Origin: Chlamydiota bacterium
GTDB lineage: Bacteria; Auribacterota; Tritonobacteria; UBA1439
Assembly: GCA_037133055.1 (NCBI GenBank)
Contig: JBAXOY010000015.1
Location: 1 to 38,586, forward strand
Reading direction: 5' to 3'
DNA length: 38,586 nucleotides
A model generated the notes under the pieces. The model ran no database searches and had not been told where the DNA came from. It saw nothing but the letters and a program-made list of their open reading frames with translations. The stretch's first letter is position 1; each line of letters starts with the position of its first letter. Below, piece after piece: positions 18,432 through 28,140 of the stretch. The translations under genes were made by a program, and so were the position numbers.

Positions 18432-18860
18432 ATGGATAAGTACACAGTGTCAGTTCGATCTAGGATCATGGCTGCAGTCAAACCGCGCGGCAACAAATCA
18501 ACAGAACTTCAAATGGTCGGGCTACTTAGGCGGCACGGTTTTGTGGGGTGGCGCAGGCACTATCCCGTTCTCGGAACGCCCGATTTCTGTTGGCCTTCTA
18601 AAAAGACCGCCATGTTCGTTGATGGTTGCTTCTGGCATGGATGCCCTCGATTCGATCGAAAACCGCGTAGTAACATCGCCTTTTGGAAGGCTAAGATAGA
18701 GCGCAACCGTCAACACGATAGGCGAATTACCAGCACCTTGAAGCGACTCGGCTGGACTGTTCTTCGGATATGGGAATGCCAAGTAAATAGCGCTCGCACC
18801 CTCTCGCGTCTAAAATCGACGATTCCGACCGGTAGACACAGATCGCGGCGCTTGCGCTAA
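18432..18860 (+). CDS. vsr: very short patch repair endonuclease
   Basis: RSRIMAAVK, GTPDF, FVDGCFWHGCP, FWKAKIERN, GWTVLRIWEC. Confidence 0.93.
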   Translation: MDKYTVSVRSRIMAAVKPRGNKSTELQMVGLLRRHGFVGWRRHYPVLGTPDFCWPSKKTAMFVDGCFWHGCPRFDRKPRSNIAFWKAKIERNRQHDRRITSTLKRLGWTVLRIWECQVNSARTLSRLKSTIPTGRHRSRRLR

Positions 18861-18953
18861 CCCTCCCAGTTGTCAGCGGTCGGTTAAAACCAGCCCTGGA
18901 GGAACGGTTCAATCCAGCCATTTTAAATGAGGAGTTCGTCCTGTAGAATATCC

Positions 18954-18998
18954 TGACCAGGAAGTACATGTGGATATCCCTTTCGTATCTCCTGGTCA
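18954..18998. terminator. inverted repeat between convergent operons (possible terminator)
   Basis: TGACCAGGA (18954-18962) / TCCTGGTCA (18990-18998); no U-tract. Confidence 0.3.
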
Positions 18999-19694
18999 CT
19001 CCCATAATACTCTGCATGCAAGATACTCGCTGAGCACCATCTGGACTACGAGGCCCGCTTTCTGTTCGACACTATAGCGGTATCGGCCTCTTTGGACTAC
19101 GATCCATCCATTTTGCTGTGTTGCGCCTTCCCTATTTAGAGCACGATAAAATGCACGGCTTCCAACCTCCGGCCAAGGAACAGGAGCCGATACAGTTGTG
19201 GCCTCATACTGGTCCCTTTCCTGAAGGGGCAATGAAATCAGGGGCGCAAAGGATACTTCCAGTGGCTCATCCAGTTGAGGAAGCGCCAATTCGTATGCTG
19301 CATGCCCACGAGCCAGTTTCAATACGACGACTTTGACAGCCTCCGACTCTGGCGCCCAACCAAAATTATCAGAAGCATCCTCTCGCCGGCTTTGAGTCAG
19401 TCGAACACACAATGCAGATTCCTTCTCAAGCAACCGTTTGATTGTGGAGCGTTGCACTGCGCCGGATTCGCTGGCCCCTGTCAGAGCACACTCAACGAGA
19501 CAAGCAACGTACTTCTCATGCGCAGAGAAGCTCTCGTTACATCGGTGACAGCAAGGAACGACCGGAAGGTTGGGTGGATACGGTCTGTCAAGAAGCACCT
19601 TGGAAGGAACATGGTCTCTCGTGTCCGGTATTCCGCCACAGTAGACACAGAGTCCCGCCAGGCGCTCATCAACAAAGAGTTGCCTTGGGTCCAT
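18996..19694 (-). CDS. HNH endonuclease with C-terminal extension
   Basis: CVYCG...TRDHVPS...VPCCHRCNESFS. Confidence 0.85.
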   Translation of the reverse strand: MDPRQLFVDERLAGLCVYCGGIPDTRDHVPSKVLLDRPYPPNLPVVPCCHRCNESFSAHEKYVACLVECALTGASESGAVQRSTIKRLLEKESALCVRLTQSRREDASDNFGWAPESEAVKVVVLKLARGHAAYELALPQLDEPLEVSFAPLISLPLQERDQYEATTVSAPVPWPEVGSRAFYRALNREGATQQNGWIVVQRGRYRYSVEQKAGLVVQMVLSEYLACRVLWE

Positions 19695-19813
19695 AAATGA
19701 GGCGTTTCTAGCGCTGACCTTGTGTGAACGACACAAATGGCAATAAAACCGATCCAGCATATCTTCTCTAATGATTTAAGCGTGATCCTTATCATCAGGG
19801 GTAACGTCGCAGG

Positions 19814-20401
19814 TCACCGGCCCGGAAGCCGCACAGCGGGTTCCGGGTGCTGTGGACCTGCTGGTTCGCCTATTTTTCCATACGAAGTGAGTTTTTTCTC
19901 TAGATAAGAGACGAATGTGAAGGATGTTTGATACTGCCGATACACCTCCTCTGCCGTTGCGTCCAAAGCAAAGCTTGCAAAATTGAGGTGAGCCAATTCG
20001 TTTCTTGTGTTCCCAAGGGCCAGAAACGCCTTTACCGCTTCGGCCAGAGCCGGATCCTGTTTTACATCCTGCGACGCACTGTCCTTGAAGTCCTCGCCGA
20101 AGAGACCGAAAAAACTGTTGGCGTTGTTGCTGCGCCACTGAAAAAAGGAGTGGTACTGGCGTTCAATCGCCTTGTTCCGAAGGAAGTTACTGAGCAATGC
20201 GTCGTTCGCCGATCTATCGGCGAACAACGCAAGAAGAATTCTCCTGATCTCATCTTCAAAGAAACTTGCGGCAGAAAGCGCAAGCGTCTTCTTGAAGGTG
20301 CTGTCGATCATACTCCGCAGGGACACCTCTCCCGCTTGGTCGAGTATGGCAATGAGGGCTGAAAAGTCCTGATACATGACATCGATGACCGTGGCAGCCA
20401 T
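19814..20401 (-). CDS. HEPN-domain protein (RiboL-PSP / MAE_28990-like), putative RNase
   Basis: Helical protein with SFFE motif and R-x4-H (RNELAH). Confidence 0.8.
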   Translation of the reverse strand: MAATVIDVMYQDFSALIAILDQAGEVSLRSMIDSTFKKTLALSAASFFEDEIRRILLALFADRSANDALLSNFLRNKAIERQYHSFFQWRSNNANSFFGLFGEDFKDSASQDVKQDPALAEAVKAFLALGNTRNELAHLNFASFALDATAEEVYRQYQTSFTFVSYLEKKLTSYGKIGEPAGPQHPEPAVRLPGR

Positions 20402-20417
20402 AGTGTGTTCCGGCAGT

Positions 20418-21596
20418 TCAAGCCAGGATCTCGCGCGCACGGCGCAATCTTGTCGATACATTGGCCTTGCTGGCGGTATCAGACTGAGAAGCCTTCGAGA
20501 ATTCACCATCGTCCTGCAGCGAGGTAAGCTTCGCAGGATTGATTCTCTCCTGAATCAATGCACGCCGCGCGAACGGTCCGCCACATACGACTGCAAACAC
20601 CGCGTCGAACAACGAAATATTGAACTTCCCTTGTTTTGAAAAAAAAGCCCTATCGGGAAGCACATCGCAGGCTTGCAGAAATGAGTCAAACAAACCCTCC
20701 AGATAAGTAATCTGCTCATGCGTTTGCGTCTTGCAGCGCTTCGAGAACCCATTTAGGAACTTGCTCATCGAAGGCTTGTACTCTCCGCCGTCAATGAGCA
20801 TGGCAAACCCTCGCAGGATAATCTCAATATCTTTCATATGGAGATCTGGTTCGGCAAGACCAACGAGGCGCCGCCATTTAGGTAGGATATTGATCCGGTA
20901 AAGGACGTCATAGAAATCCGAATGGTAAAGACTGATCCGAATTTCTTGTGCCTTGAGATTGACGCCTCCCGAGTTCAGACGGTTAAAGATCTCATACATA
21001 GAGGAATCATCATCTGGAGGGAGGTTCTGCTTAATTATGACATTGCGGATCGTGCGCAAATCGAACTGGGTCTTGTGATCACCGAGAGTGCTGTAGTTGA
21101 GTCCACGGAACCTGTTCGGCACATCGGGCAACTTGCTCGGAAGTCGCAGGTTAAACTTGGAAAAGTATTCATCATCATGCAGGACCTCATCGGGTATCGC
21201 ATTATGCCTAGCAAAGATAGTTCTGAGAGCCGCCCGTTTTTCCATCTTGGGGAAGCGCTGCTGCATGAAGTAGTAGATTGTCATCAACCGCTGTTGACCG
21301 TCTATGACAAGAAAATGATTGCGCGACTCCTCATAAAGAAATATCTGTGGGATTGGGAGCCCTATAATGATTGACTCGATTAGCTTTGAAGCCCGGGTGA
21401 GATCCCAGACATAGTTCCGTTGGAATCCCGGGATTCTCACTGCACCCGATTTGATGAAATCGAAAATCGTCCGCACATTAAAATCGTTTGGCGCCGCTGT
21501 GATATCGTACTCATCGATGGCGCCGTTACCATCGGGGTCTTCTTCTCTCTCGTACCATTCTTGCGACGGATCAAGCTGGTCTTCAGGTTCAGTCAT
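20418..21596 (-). CDS. DUF262 (ParB-like, GmrS-type) domain protein
   Basis: PGFQRNYVW, LIESIIIGLPIP, VIDGQQRL, IFNRLNSGGV. Confidence 0.9.
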   Translation of the reverse strand: MTEPEDQLDPSQEWYEREEDPDGNGAIDEYDITAAPNDFNVRTIFDFIKSGAVRIPGFQRNYVWDLTRASKLIESIIIGLPIPQIFLYEESRNHFLVIDGQQRLMTIYYFMQQRFPKMEKRAALRTIFARHNAIPDEVLHDDEYFSKFNLRLPSKLPDVPNRFRGLNYSTLGDHKTQFDLRTIRNVIIKQNLPPDDDSSMYEIFNRLNSGGVNLKAQEIRISLYHSDFYDVLYRINILPKWRRLVGLAEPDLHMKDIEIILRGFAMLIDGGEYKPSMSKFLNGFSKRCKTQTHEQITYLEGLFDSFLQACDVLPDRAFFSKQGKFNISLFDAVFAVVCGGPFARRALIQERINPAKLTSLQDDGEFSKASQSDTASKANVSTRLRRAREILA

Positions 21597-21628
21597 GTGC
21601 TTCTCCTTATATTCTCCATTCACTATAA

Positions 21629-21651
21629 GCGAACAGTGTTTTTATGTTCGC
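21629..21651. promoter_or_regulatory. palindromic site upstream of the DUF262 gene
   Basis: GCGAACA-N9-TGTTCGC; minus-strand TATAAT at 21662-21667. Confidence 0.4.
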
Positions 21652-21895
21652 AATTGAATTTATTATATATGACGGCACGGGATGGAGCCATCATTATCAT
21701 GTAGAATTTAAATGAAATGTACTGATATTATGCGGCTCTTTTGTATTCCAATTCCGGTGACCTGATTGCGTTCAAGGTGCAGAATCTAGTATCTCTATTG
21801 CGGATGTTTGAATCCCCCGCCTTCGGGCGAAGGAATATTCACCGACGTCCCCGACACAGGCGAGAAAGGATATAAAAGGGAACCATCTACTTTGC

Positions 21896-23035
21896 TTACG
21901 GAGTTGCTGTCGGCGCAGGCGTCGCGGTCGCTGTTGGAGTTGGTGTGGGCGTCGCGGGATTAAGCGCCTGGTCGAACGCGATCGAACTCAAGTCCGGCAC
22001 AACGATCCCCGCATACTTGAACGTCCCGATCTCGAATGTGTAGCTCGTGTCGTCCGGATAGATCAGGCTGTTCGGCACACACGGCACCTCCCAGTAGGCC
22101 GATGAGTTTGCGGTCCCCGTCCACGTTTTCTTCACGATCTGATTGTTCCCGTAGGTCCCGTAGTTGGATGAGAAGGTGACCTTGACCGTCGCGATCGGCT
22201 GCAGGTTCCCGTGGGCATCGTAGGCCCACCCGTAGACCACGCATATATCCGGCGCCGGAGGCATCGAGGGGGAGAATATGGTCCCTGTCACCGTCACATT
22301 CTCCGGATCCTCGTCCACGGTCAGCGTCTGCGGATTACTGAAAATGTAACTCCCGAGCTTGTATGCGTAGAACTTGTAGCTCCCTGGATCGAGGTTCATA
22401 GTCGCGATCCCCGAGACGGAGGTCGTTGCGTAGTAGAGAAGCGCCCCGCTCGAACTATCGCGGCACTGCACCTGCGCGCTCACGATCGGGAGAGGCGTCG
22501 CATCGGCGCTCTGGCACTTCACATTCACGACGTTCGAGCCCGCAACGGCTTGGCCCCACGGGCCGGCGCCGTGCGCGCTGGAGAGAGTCGAGCCCACTGC
22601 CCCCGCCACCACCTTCGCGCTCGGGGCCGGGGTGAATTGCGCCGCTGTCATCCACCTGGCCGGGGCGAGGTTCCATTCCCTAGACACCCCCCACCCGGTA
22701 TCGTCCAGCCGCAGGGTCACGGTCACGCTCCCGTAGATCTCGTCGGCCCCGCTCGGCACGGTCACGCTCACGGCATAGTTGCCCTCCGTGTCGCTCGCCA
22801 CCTTCGCCAGCGCCGTCGTCCACGTCAGGTGCGCCCCGCCCGATCCGTCCCGTCTCTGCCCCACCAGTGCCACGTGCAGATGCTCGTCGTCTCCGGTCCG
22901 GGCATTGTCCGGCTGCAGTGATGCGTTCAATATCTGAATGCCGAAGTTGTTCACCTCGCCCGAGTAGAACACCGTGCTGTTCGCCCCGGCGGTTCCCGCC
23001 AGCACCACGAGCGCCACCGTCATCAGCCATCTCAT
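21896..23035 (-). CDS. secreted beta-sandwich protein (carboxypeptidase-regulatory-like domains) with PT tail
   Basis: Signal peptide MRWLMTVALVVLAGTAGA; TSVSGIATMNLDPGSYKF pattern; terminal TPTPT; GGAGG RBS. Confidence 0.7.
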   Translation of the reverse strand: MRWLMTVALVVLAGTAGANSTVFYSGEVNNFGIQILNASLQPDNARTGDDEHLHVALVGQRRDGSGGAHLTWTTALAKVASDTEGNYAVSVTVPSGADEIYGSVTVTLRLDDTGWGVSREWNLAPARWMTAAQFTPAPSAKVVAGAVGSTLSSAHGAGPWGQAVAGSNVVNVKCQSADATPLPIVSAQVQCRDSSSGALLYYATTSVSGIATMNLDPGSYKFYAYKLGSYIFSNPQTLTVDEDPENVTVTGTIFSPSMPPAPDICVVYGWAYDAHGNLQPIATVKVTFSSNYGTYGNNQIVKKTWTGTANSSAYWEVPCVPNSLIYPDDTSYTFEIGTFKYAGIVVPDLSSIAFDQALNPATPTPTPTATATPAPTATP

Positions 23036-23051
23036 TGTTTCCTCCTCGTTA

Positions 23052-25808
23052 TCAGTAATTCGTCCCATGAAACATCGCCGCTGCCGGCGCCGGAGTCGGC
23101 ATCAGGGTGAAGGTGAAGTCATCGACGTAAACGTCATTATTCGTGGGGGGGTCCCCCTCGTGTTCAGTCTCCTCGTGCGCTTCCGCCCATACTCTCGCCT
23201 TCACTGCGTCCACAGGAGCTTGCATCCGAGTCGAGGTCAGTTTCTCCCACACGTTCCACGCCCCCGGGTTCTGTCCGATGATGCTCGGGGATGCCGCTAT
23301 GTCATATCTGTCCGCGTTGTACCAGTGCACGCGCAATCTCCAGTACAGGAGCGAGAGCTCCCCCACTCCTGAATCGCGATCGGCGTAGTACCATCCCGTC
23401 GCCCTGTACCATTGCCCAGGCGTTATCGTGATGTAATGCGACTCAAGTTGCCTGCCCGAATACGCGCCGGTCAGGTCCTTGAACCGGGCCGAGTACGTTC
23501 CGTCGTGCGCCCTCGTCGTCGATACCATCATCAGACTGGACCCCACGCTCGTGTTCCAGTAGTAGCCGAAGGCCCCCGTCTCGAACGAGGGATTGTACAG
23601 ATGGTCTCCGAAGAACGGCGTCGGGGTCGCTGTGGGCGTTGGAGTTATCGTTGGGGTCGGGGTCCTCGTCGGTGTCGGGGTAATGGTCGGGGTATTCGTG
23701 GGGGTCGCCGTGGGTGTCCTCGTCGGCGTGTTCGTGGGAGTAACCGTAGGCGTAGCCGTCGGTGTGTTCGTAGGCGTGTTCGTCGGGGTCGGTGAAATCA
23801 GCGGCGTCTCGGTCGGAGTCGGGGTCTGCCCGGGCGATCCCTCGTCTGCCGCATACGTGTCGGCCCGTGTCCCATCGTTCACCGTGTACTCGTTCGCCTC
23901 CCACGAGTAGATAATTGTCATCAAGCTCGTACTCTGCGCCATATAGGACTGATTTGATACCGCCGCCGGGGAATGCTCGCCGGCTGACGTACAGTAGAGC
24001 CACGCGATCTTGTCCCACGAGGCGTCGTTCAGGTTCTCCACGGTCGCTGATGCGGGATGGGCCTCGCTGTCGTTCTTCCCGACAAAGACGTGGACGACCT
24101 CCGGGTGAATCGTCTGGCAGTAGGATAGACTCGTGGACCCAGCCGAACCATGATGACTCAGTTTTACAACGTCGAAGTTGTTCGCGGCGATCTTCCCGTC
24201 GAGAGTGTTCTCCTCCGTCCCGGATAGGTCACCCATCGTCAGGTAATCGAATCCACTCCACGATATTCTGAAGCCGAGGCTGTAGAGGTTCTCGTCGCTG
24301 GAACTGAGCCCGGTAATCTCCGTCCCGTCGACGAGCGTTGTCTTGTGATTGACCGTATCGCCCACGCACACGCACTGCACCTCGACCCCACCGAACGTCC
24401 ACGTCTGCCCGGGCGTCGGCACGACCCTTTTGCCTTCCGTTGCCGCATCCCACGCCGCCACGAAGGAATCATCCCCCGTCACCTTCGGTCCTGCGTGCTC
24501 GTACGCCGCCGTGAAAATCGTCAGCCCCGTCGCGAACACGGTGTCCACGCCGCCGATGTGGTCGTTGTGGAAATGCGACGCCGAGACGTAATCGACGTGC
24601 GAGTAGCCGAGGCCCATGATGTAATTGTGTATCGCTGTGCCGTCGGCGTTCGAGTAGGCGAAATCGAAGAGCCACGTTGTACCATCAGGGAACTCGACAA
24701 ATGTAGAATCCCCGGTCCCCACATTGAAAGCGTGAATCTTCAACAGATCTACTCCCGGCGTATTCGTCGGCGTCGGAGTCGGGGTCGGGCCTGTGGGCGT
24801 TGGTGTCACCGTGGGAGTATTCGTCGGCGTCGCGCACGTCACCTCCGTCACCCTTACGTCGTCGATGTACTGATTCCCGAGCGCCTCCCTCGCGAATCGC
24901 ACATATATATTTGCGAGCGGGTACAGTGCCACCGTCATCTCGGTCCATTGACCTGCCGTGTTCGTGAATGGACTTCCTGCGACGGGCCACCATGATCCGT
25001 CCGGGTCCCTCCCGTCGGAGTATTCCACCTCCAGCGTTCCACTCGTCGGGTAATGCCAGAACGTGAGTGTCCCCGGGCAGGGCAAGAACGGCGCTACAAG
25101 ATAATCGTCCTTCGAGTTGATGAGGGCGCTGTAGGAGCCTCCGTGCTTATACGTTCCCGACTGCGTCGTCGTTCCTCCGTCGAACCAATCCGCGGGCAGG
25201 TACGCTCCCTCGAACCCCTCCACGATTATTGACGGCGGCGTCGGGGTCGGGGTACTGGTAGGGGTATTTGTCGGTGTCGGCGTTCGGGTCGGCGTATTCG
25301 TCGGGGTCGGCGTATTCGTCGGGGTATTTGTGGGCGTCGCCGTTGCCTGCTCCCGGTTCAGTACCACCACATCATCGAGGTAGTAGGTCTTCGTGCTCCC
25401 GCGGGTGAACTGGATGTATATATTGCTGTAGCCGGACAGATCGAAGCTCTCCTGCTTGAAGGCGGCATTGTAGTCCGTGGTGGTGGGCGATCCTGTCAGG
25501 GCCGTCCACGGCCCGCTCGTGGAGCTGGAGTACTTGATGTTGAAGCTCGATAGGCCCGCCGTCGCCCGCATCCAGTACGTCATCGTCCCGGGCGTCGTCA
25601 GGAGCGGAGTGACGAGGTAGTCGCCGTTTGCATTGAACTGTGTGCTATACGTGCCGCCGTGCGCGTAGGCATCGCTCTGCGCGGCGCTGTCCTGAAGCCA
25701 GCCAGTCGGAGGCCACGTCCCTCCCTCGAACCCTTCATTGACAAGGTCCGCCCCGCGGGCAACGCTCGCCGCCAAGACAAGAAGGGCCAGCACGACGATA
25801 AGCTTCAT
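23052..25808 (-). CDS. secreted ComEC/Rec2-type metallo-beta-lactamase-fold hydrolase with three CBM/adhesin-like domains and PT linkers
   Basis: Signal peptide [50 protein letters not shown]; repeats EGFEG...HGGxYS (x2) and NPSFE...HDGTYS. Confidence 0.85.
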   Translation of the reverse strand: MKLIVVLALLVLAASVARGADLVNEGFEGGTWPPTGWLQDSAAQSDAYAHGGTYSTQFNANGDYLVTPLLTTPGTMTYWMRATAGLSSFNIKYSSSTSGPWTALTGSPTTTDYNAAFKQESFDLSGYSNIYIQFTRGSTKTYYLDDVVVLNREQATATPTNTPTNTPTPTNTPTRTPTPTNTPTSTPTPTPPSIIVEGFEGAYLPADWFDGGTTTQSGTYKHGGSYSALINSKDDYLVAPFLPCPGTLTFWHYPTSGTLEVEYSDGRDPDGSWWPVAGSPFTNTAGQWTEMTVALYPLANIYVRFAREALGNQYIDDVRVTEVTCATPTNTPTVTPTPTGPTPTPTPTNTPGVDLLKIHAFNVGTGDSTFVEFPDGTTWLFDFAYSNADGTAIHNYIMGLGYSHVDYVSASHFHNDHIGGVDTVFATGLTIFTAAYEHAGPKVTGDDSFVAAWDAATEGKRVVPTPGQTWTFGGVEVQCVCVGDTVNHKTTLVDGTEITGLSSSDENLYSLGFRISWSGFDYLTMGDLSGTEENTLDGKIAANNFDVVKLSHHGSAGSTSLSYCQTIHPEVVHVFVGKNDSEAHPASATVENLNDASWDKIAWLYCTSAGEHSPAAVSNQSYMAQSTSLMTIIYSWEANEYTVNDGTRADTYAADEGSPGQTPTPTETPLISPTPTNTPTNTPTATPTVTPTNTPTRTPTATPTNTPTITPTPTRTPTPTITPTPTATPTPFFGDHLYNPSFETGAFGYYWNTSVGSSLMMVSTTRAHDGTYSARFKDLTGAYSGRQLESHYITITPGQWYRATGWYYADRDSGVGELSLLYWRLRVHWYNADRYDIAASPSIIGQNPGAWNVWEKLTSTRMQAPVDAVKARVWAEAHEETEHEGDPPTNNDVYVDDFTFTLMPTPAPAAAMFHGTNY

Positions 25809-26710
25809 CGGAAGTCCGGCCCCCACATCCCGTAGTAGTGCAACCCGTCCCACACCAGCGTCACCACGTCCACAGCACTCCCTGTTGCCGTCAGTGTGGG
25901 CGCCGTGCCATCGGGCCACTTTATTGTGATGGGCCACGTCACGGTTTTCCCTCCGCCAGAGCCTTGATGCAGAAAAAGATGAACGCTACACGGCCCGCTC
26001 GGTTCCGTGAACGTCAGAACCGTCGGCGTAGCGCTCAGCTCCATGCGCTGATAATTTCCCCTCGTCCAGTCGATAGTTGCGCTCGCCCCGACGACCCCGT
26101 TATCGTACACACCCTGAAATACGGCATCATCCCTGACGGATATGCCCCCGTCCACCCGTACGTCCGTGCTGTGGACGTAGAGCGTCGGGGTTGGGGTCTG
26201 GGTCGGGGTCTCCGTCGCCGTGGGCGTGATGGTGGGCGTCGGCGTCTCCGTCGCTGTCGGCTCCGGCGTCCACGTGGGCCACGTTTCGCCCTGTGGCCCC
26301 TGCGGTCCTTCCGGTCCGATCGGTCCCTGCTCTCCCTGCGGTCCCTCCGGTCCCGGGCTACCTTGCGGTCCCTGCTCTCCCTGCGGGCCACGTTCGCCTG
26401 GGAGTCCCGTTGCCCCCGGTTCCGGTGTTGGAGTGAGAGTCGGCGTGCTTGTGACCGTCGGCGTTGCGGTCCTCGTCGGGGTCGGCGTGACTGTAGGCGT
26501 GCCCGTGGGCGTCCCGGTCGGCGCCGGCGTTAGTGCCGCGTCGTAAGCGGCCTTGTCCTGCCAACGCATGAGGCCGTTCTCCTGATCAGAGACGCTCACC
26601 GTCGGTATGGGGTCTATCCCCACATGCGTCAATCCGTGCGGTTGATGGTCCGCCACCACCACCGTTGGGTACAGAATCATCCCAATGATCACCGCAATTG
26701 TCTTATTCAC
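25805..26710 (-). CDS. collagen-repeat, PT-rich fibre-like protein with signal peptide
   Basis: GTG start 26710; G-X-Y run ([10 protein letters not shown]...); C-terminal [17 protein letters not shown]...D domain common in phage fibre proteins. Confidence 0.75.
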   Translation of the reverse strand: MNKTIAVIIGMILYPTVVVADHQPHGLTHVGIDPIPTVSVSDQENGLMRWQDKAAYDAALTPAPTGTPTGTPTVTPTPTRTATPTVTSTPTLTPTPEPGATGLPGERGPQGEQGPQGSPGPEGPQGEQGPIGPEGPQGPQGETWPTWTPEPTATETPTPTITPTATETPTQTPTPTLYVHSTDVRVDGGISVRDDAVFQGVYDNGVVGASATIDWTRGNYQRMELSATPTVLTFTEPSGPCSVHLFLHQGSGGGKTVTWPITIKWPDGTAPTLTATGSAVDVVTLVWDGLHYYGMWGPDFR

Positions 26711-26731
26711 CGTCTCTATGTCTCCGTTATG

Positions 26732-26826
26732 GACTGCAGGGGGATGGGCCTGCATCCGGACGGCCAGCTCTCCTTTATTTTGGGAATGTCTGCGCCTCGA
26801 TTTGTCGGGCCGCATCCCCCGCAGTC
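26732..26826 (-). ncRNA. putative structured leader RNA (18-bp imperfect closing stem)
   Basis: Arms 26732-26750 and 26808-26826 are reverse complements with one bulge each. Confidence 0.4.
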
Positions 26827-26830
26827 GCTT

Positions 26831-26855
26831 TTATCTTCTGTTATCATCCGTTATC
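26831..26855. repeat. three helically phased TTATC repeats
   Basis: TTATC at 26831, 26841 and 26851, in an AT-rich intergenic patch. Confidence 0.55.
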
Positions 26856-27001
26856 AATTTTTCGCGCTTGCGTTTTAGGGCCTCTACGTTGCCCTACAGC
26901 GCGAAGTTTACCTCCTTGGCTGTCTACGTATTCATCGGCCATTTTCCCTCTCAACCTGCCCTGTAGCGCGCTCATGTGCCCTTGAATCTCCGGCCCCTCG
27001 C

Positions 27002-27862
27002 CTAGTTGATTCCCATGAGATCGAATAGCTCCCTCTCGTCAGGGACAATCATCTCAGACGGCTCGATGCACTCCTTCTTCTCCATAAACTCGACGGCGCC
27101 GGCTATCCCCTGGCGGACGAGGAACCTCTTGTCCTCGTCGGAAAGGAGGAAATGCGTCGCGCCGATCTTCCCGGTATCGACCTCGCACACGTTCCTCCAG
27201 ACCTCGGATGCGCGATGTCGCTTCTCAGACTCATGCACCACCGCCGTGGACAGCACCGGGGCCTTAAGCTTCCGCGCGATCCAACTCGGCGGATCGTACT
27301 CGTGCCCTTTGAGTAGAATCCCGATCGTGCGCTGGCTTGTCCCGTTGCCGTCAAAGCAGTCGATGGGGAAGTTGTCTATCATCCCGCCATCCCAGTATTC
27401 GTCGCCATTGAAGAACACCGGCGTGAAGAACGGAACCAGCGCCGAGGATGCGCGCACCGCCAGGGATACCCTCATTCCCGGCCAGGTGAGCGCCGAGAAC
27501 ACCTCCGTCTGGAGTCTGGTGACGTTGAACGCCGTCACCTTGAGCGGATACCGAAGCTCGGCGAAGGTAGCACCGCTGCAGAACCGATCGAGGGTCGATC
27601 TGATGTAACCCCCGCAGCAGGCGCAGAACTGCACCCACGCCCACGGCCAGGGATCAATGAACCTCCAGCACTTCAGCGAGGCGAAGAGCCGGATCGTCTC
27701 CTCGGCGCTATATCCCTGCGCCCGTAATGCGGCGAGGTATGCCCCGACAGATGCTCCGCCGAACGCCACCGCCTCATACCCGTTCAGGTCAAGGACGTGG
27801 GCGGCCACCGCCGATGCGATCCCGCGGATACCGCCCCCTTCGAAAACGAGGTTCACCTTCAC
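27002..27862 (-). CDS. patatin-like phospholipase
   Basis: GGGIRG, GASVG (GxSxG), ASSA, DGG motifs. Confidence 0.92.
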   Translation of the reverse strand: MKVNLVFEGGGIRGIASAVAAHVLDLNGYEAVAFGGASVGAYLAALRAQGYSAEETIRLFASLKCWRFIDPWPWAWVQFCACCGGYIRSTLDRFCSGATFAELRYPLKVTAFNVTRLQTEVFSALTWPGMRVSLAVRASSALVPFFTPVFFNGDEYWDGGMIDNFPIDCFDGNGTSQRTIGILLKGHEYDPPSWIARKLKAPVLSTAVVHESEKRHRASEVWRNVCEVDTGKIGATHFLLSDEDKRFLVRQGIAGAVEFMEKKECIEPSEMIVPDERELFDLMGIN

Positions 27863-28131
27863 CGCGATTTTCTCCGCTTTCGCCCATTCACCGCCGCCGC
27901 GATCAGCATCACGCCGTTAACCGTCCCGATCACCCACGTGATCGTCTCGCGGATCTCCGGCCATGAACTCGTCGGTTCAACCGACATAGAATAGAGCATC
28001 TTGCCTGTTCCCGGCGACGAACGCAGGGCCGCCGGCCCGCGCACGCTCACGTCGATCCCCATGCTCGGCATCCACATGAAGTAGAGCATGACGAAACTCG
28101 CGACGACCGTGAAGACGAGCAATCGTTCCAT
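27859..28131 (-). CDS. small two-TM membrane protein (holin-like)
   Basis: Two hydrophobic segments and a basic C-terminus GRKRRKSR. Confidence 0.6.
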   Translation of the reverse strand: MERLLVFTVVASFVMLYFMWMPSMGIDVSVRGPAALRSSPGTGKMLYSMSVEPTSSWPEIRETITWVIGTVNGVMLIAAAVNGRKRRKSR

Positions 28132-28140
28132 GTCGCGTCC

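Noticed and set aside
12813..18860. DISARM class II or BREX
   Set aside because: No DUF1998, PLD, PglZ or BrxC-like genes recognised.
21629..21651. LexA/SOS box
   Set aside because: CGAAC-N11-GTTCG spacing does not fit the CGAAC-N4-GTTCG box.
21800..21842. tRNA-like fragment or attP core (GTTTGAATCCCCCGCC, CGCC-TTCG-GGCG hairpin)
   Set aside because: Imperfect T-loop, no cloverleaf, no second copy seen and no integrase; at most a weak terminator.
23620..26525. Tandem GTCGG/GGGGT-rich repeats as a CRISPR array
   Set aside because: They are in-frame Pro/Thr and collagen codons with no constant repeat and unique spacer structure; no cas operon.
27002..27862. CBASS CapV effector
   Set aside because: No CD-NTase nearby; the gene sits in the late operon.
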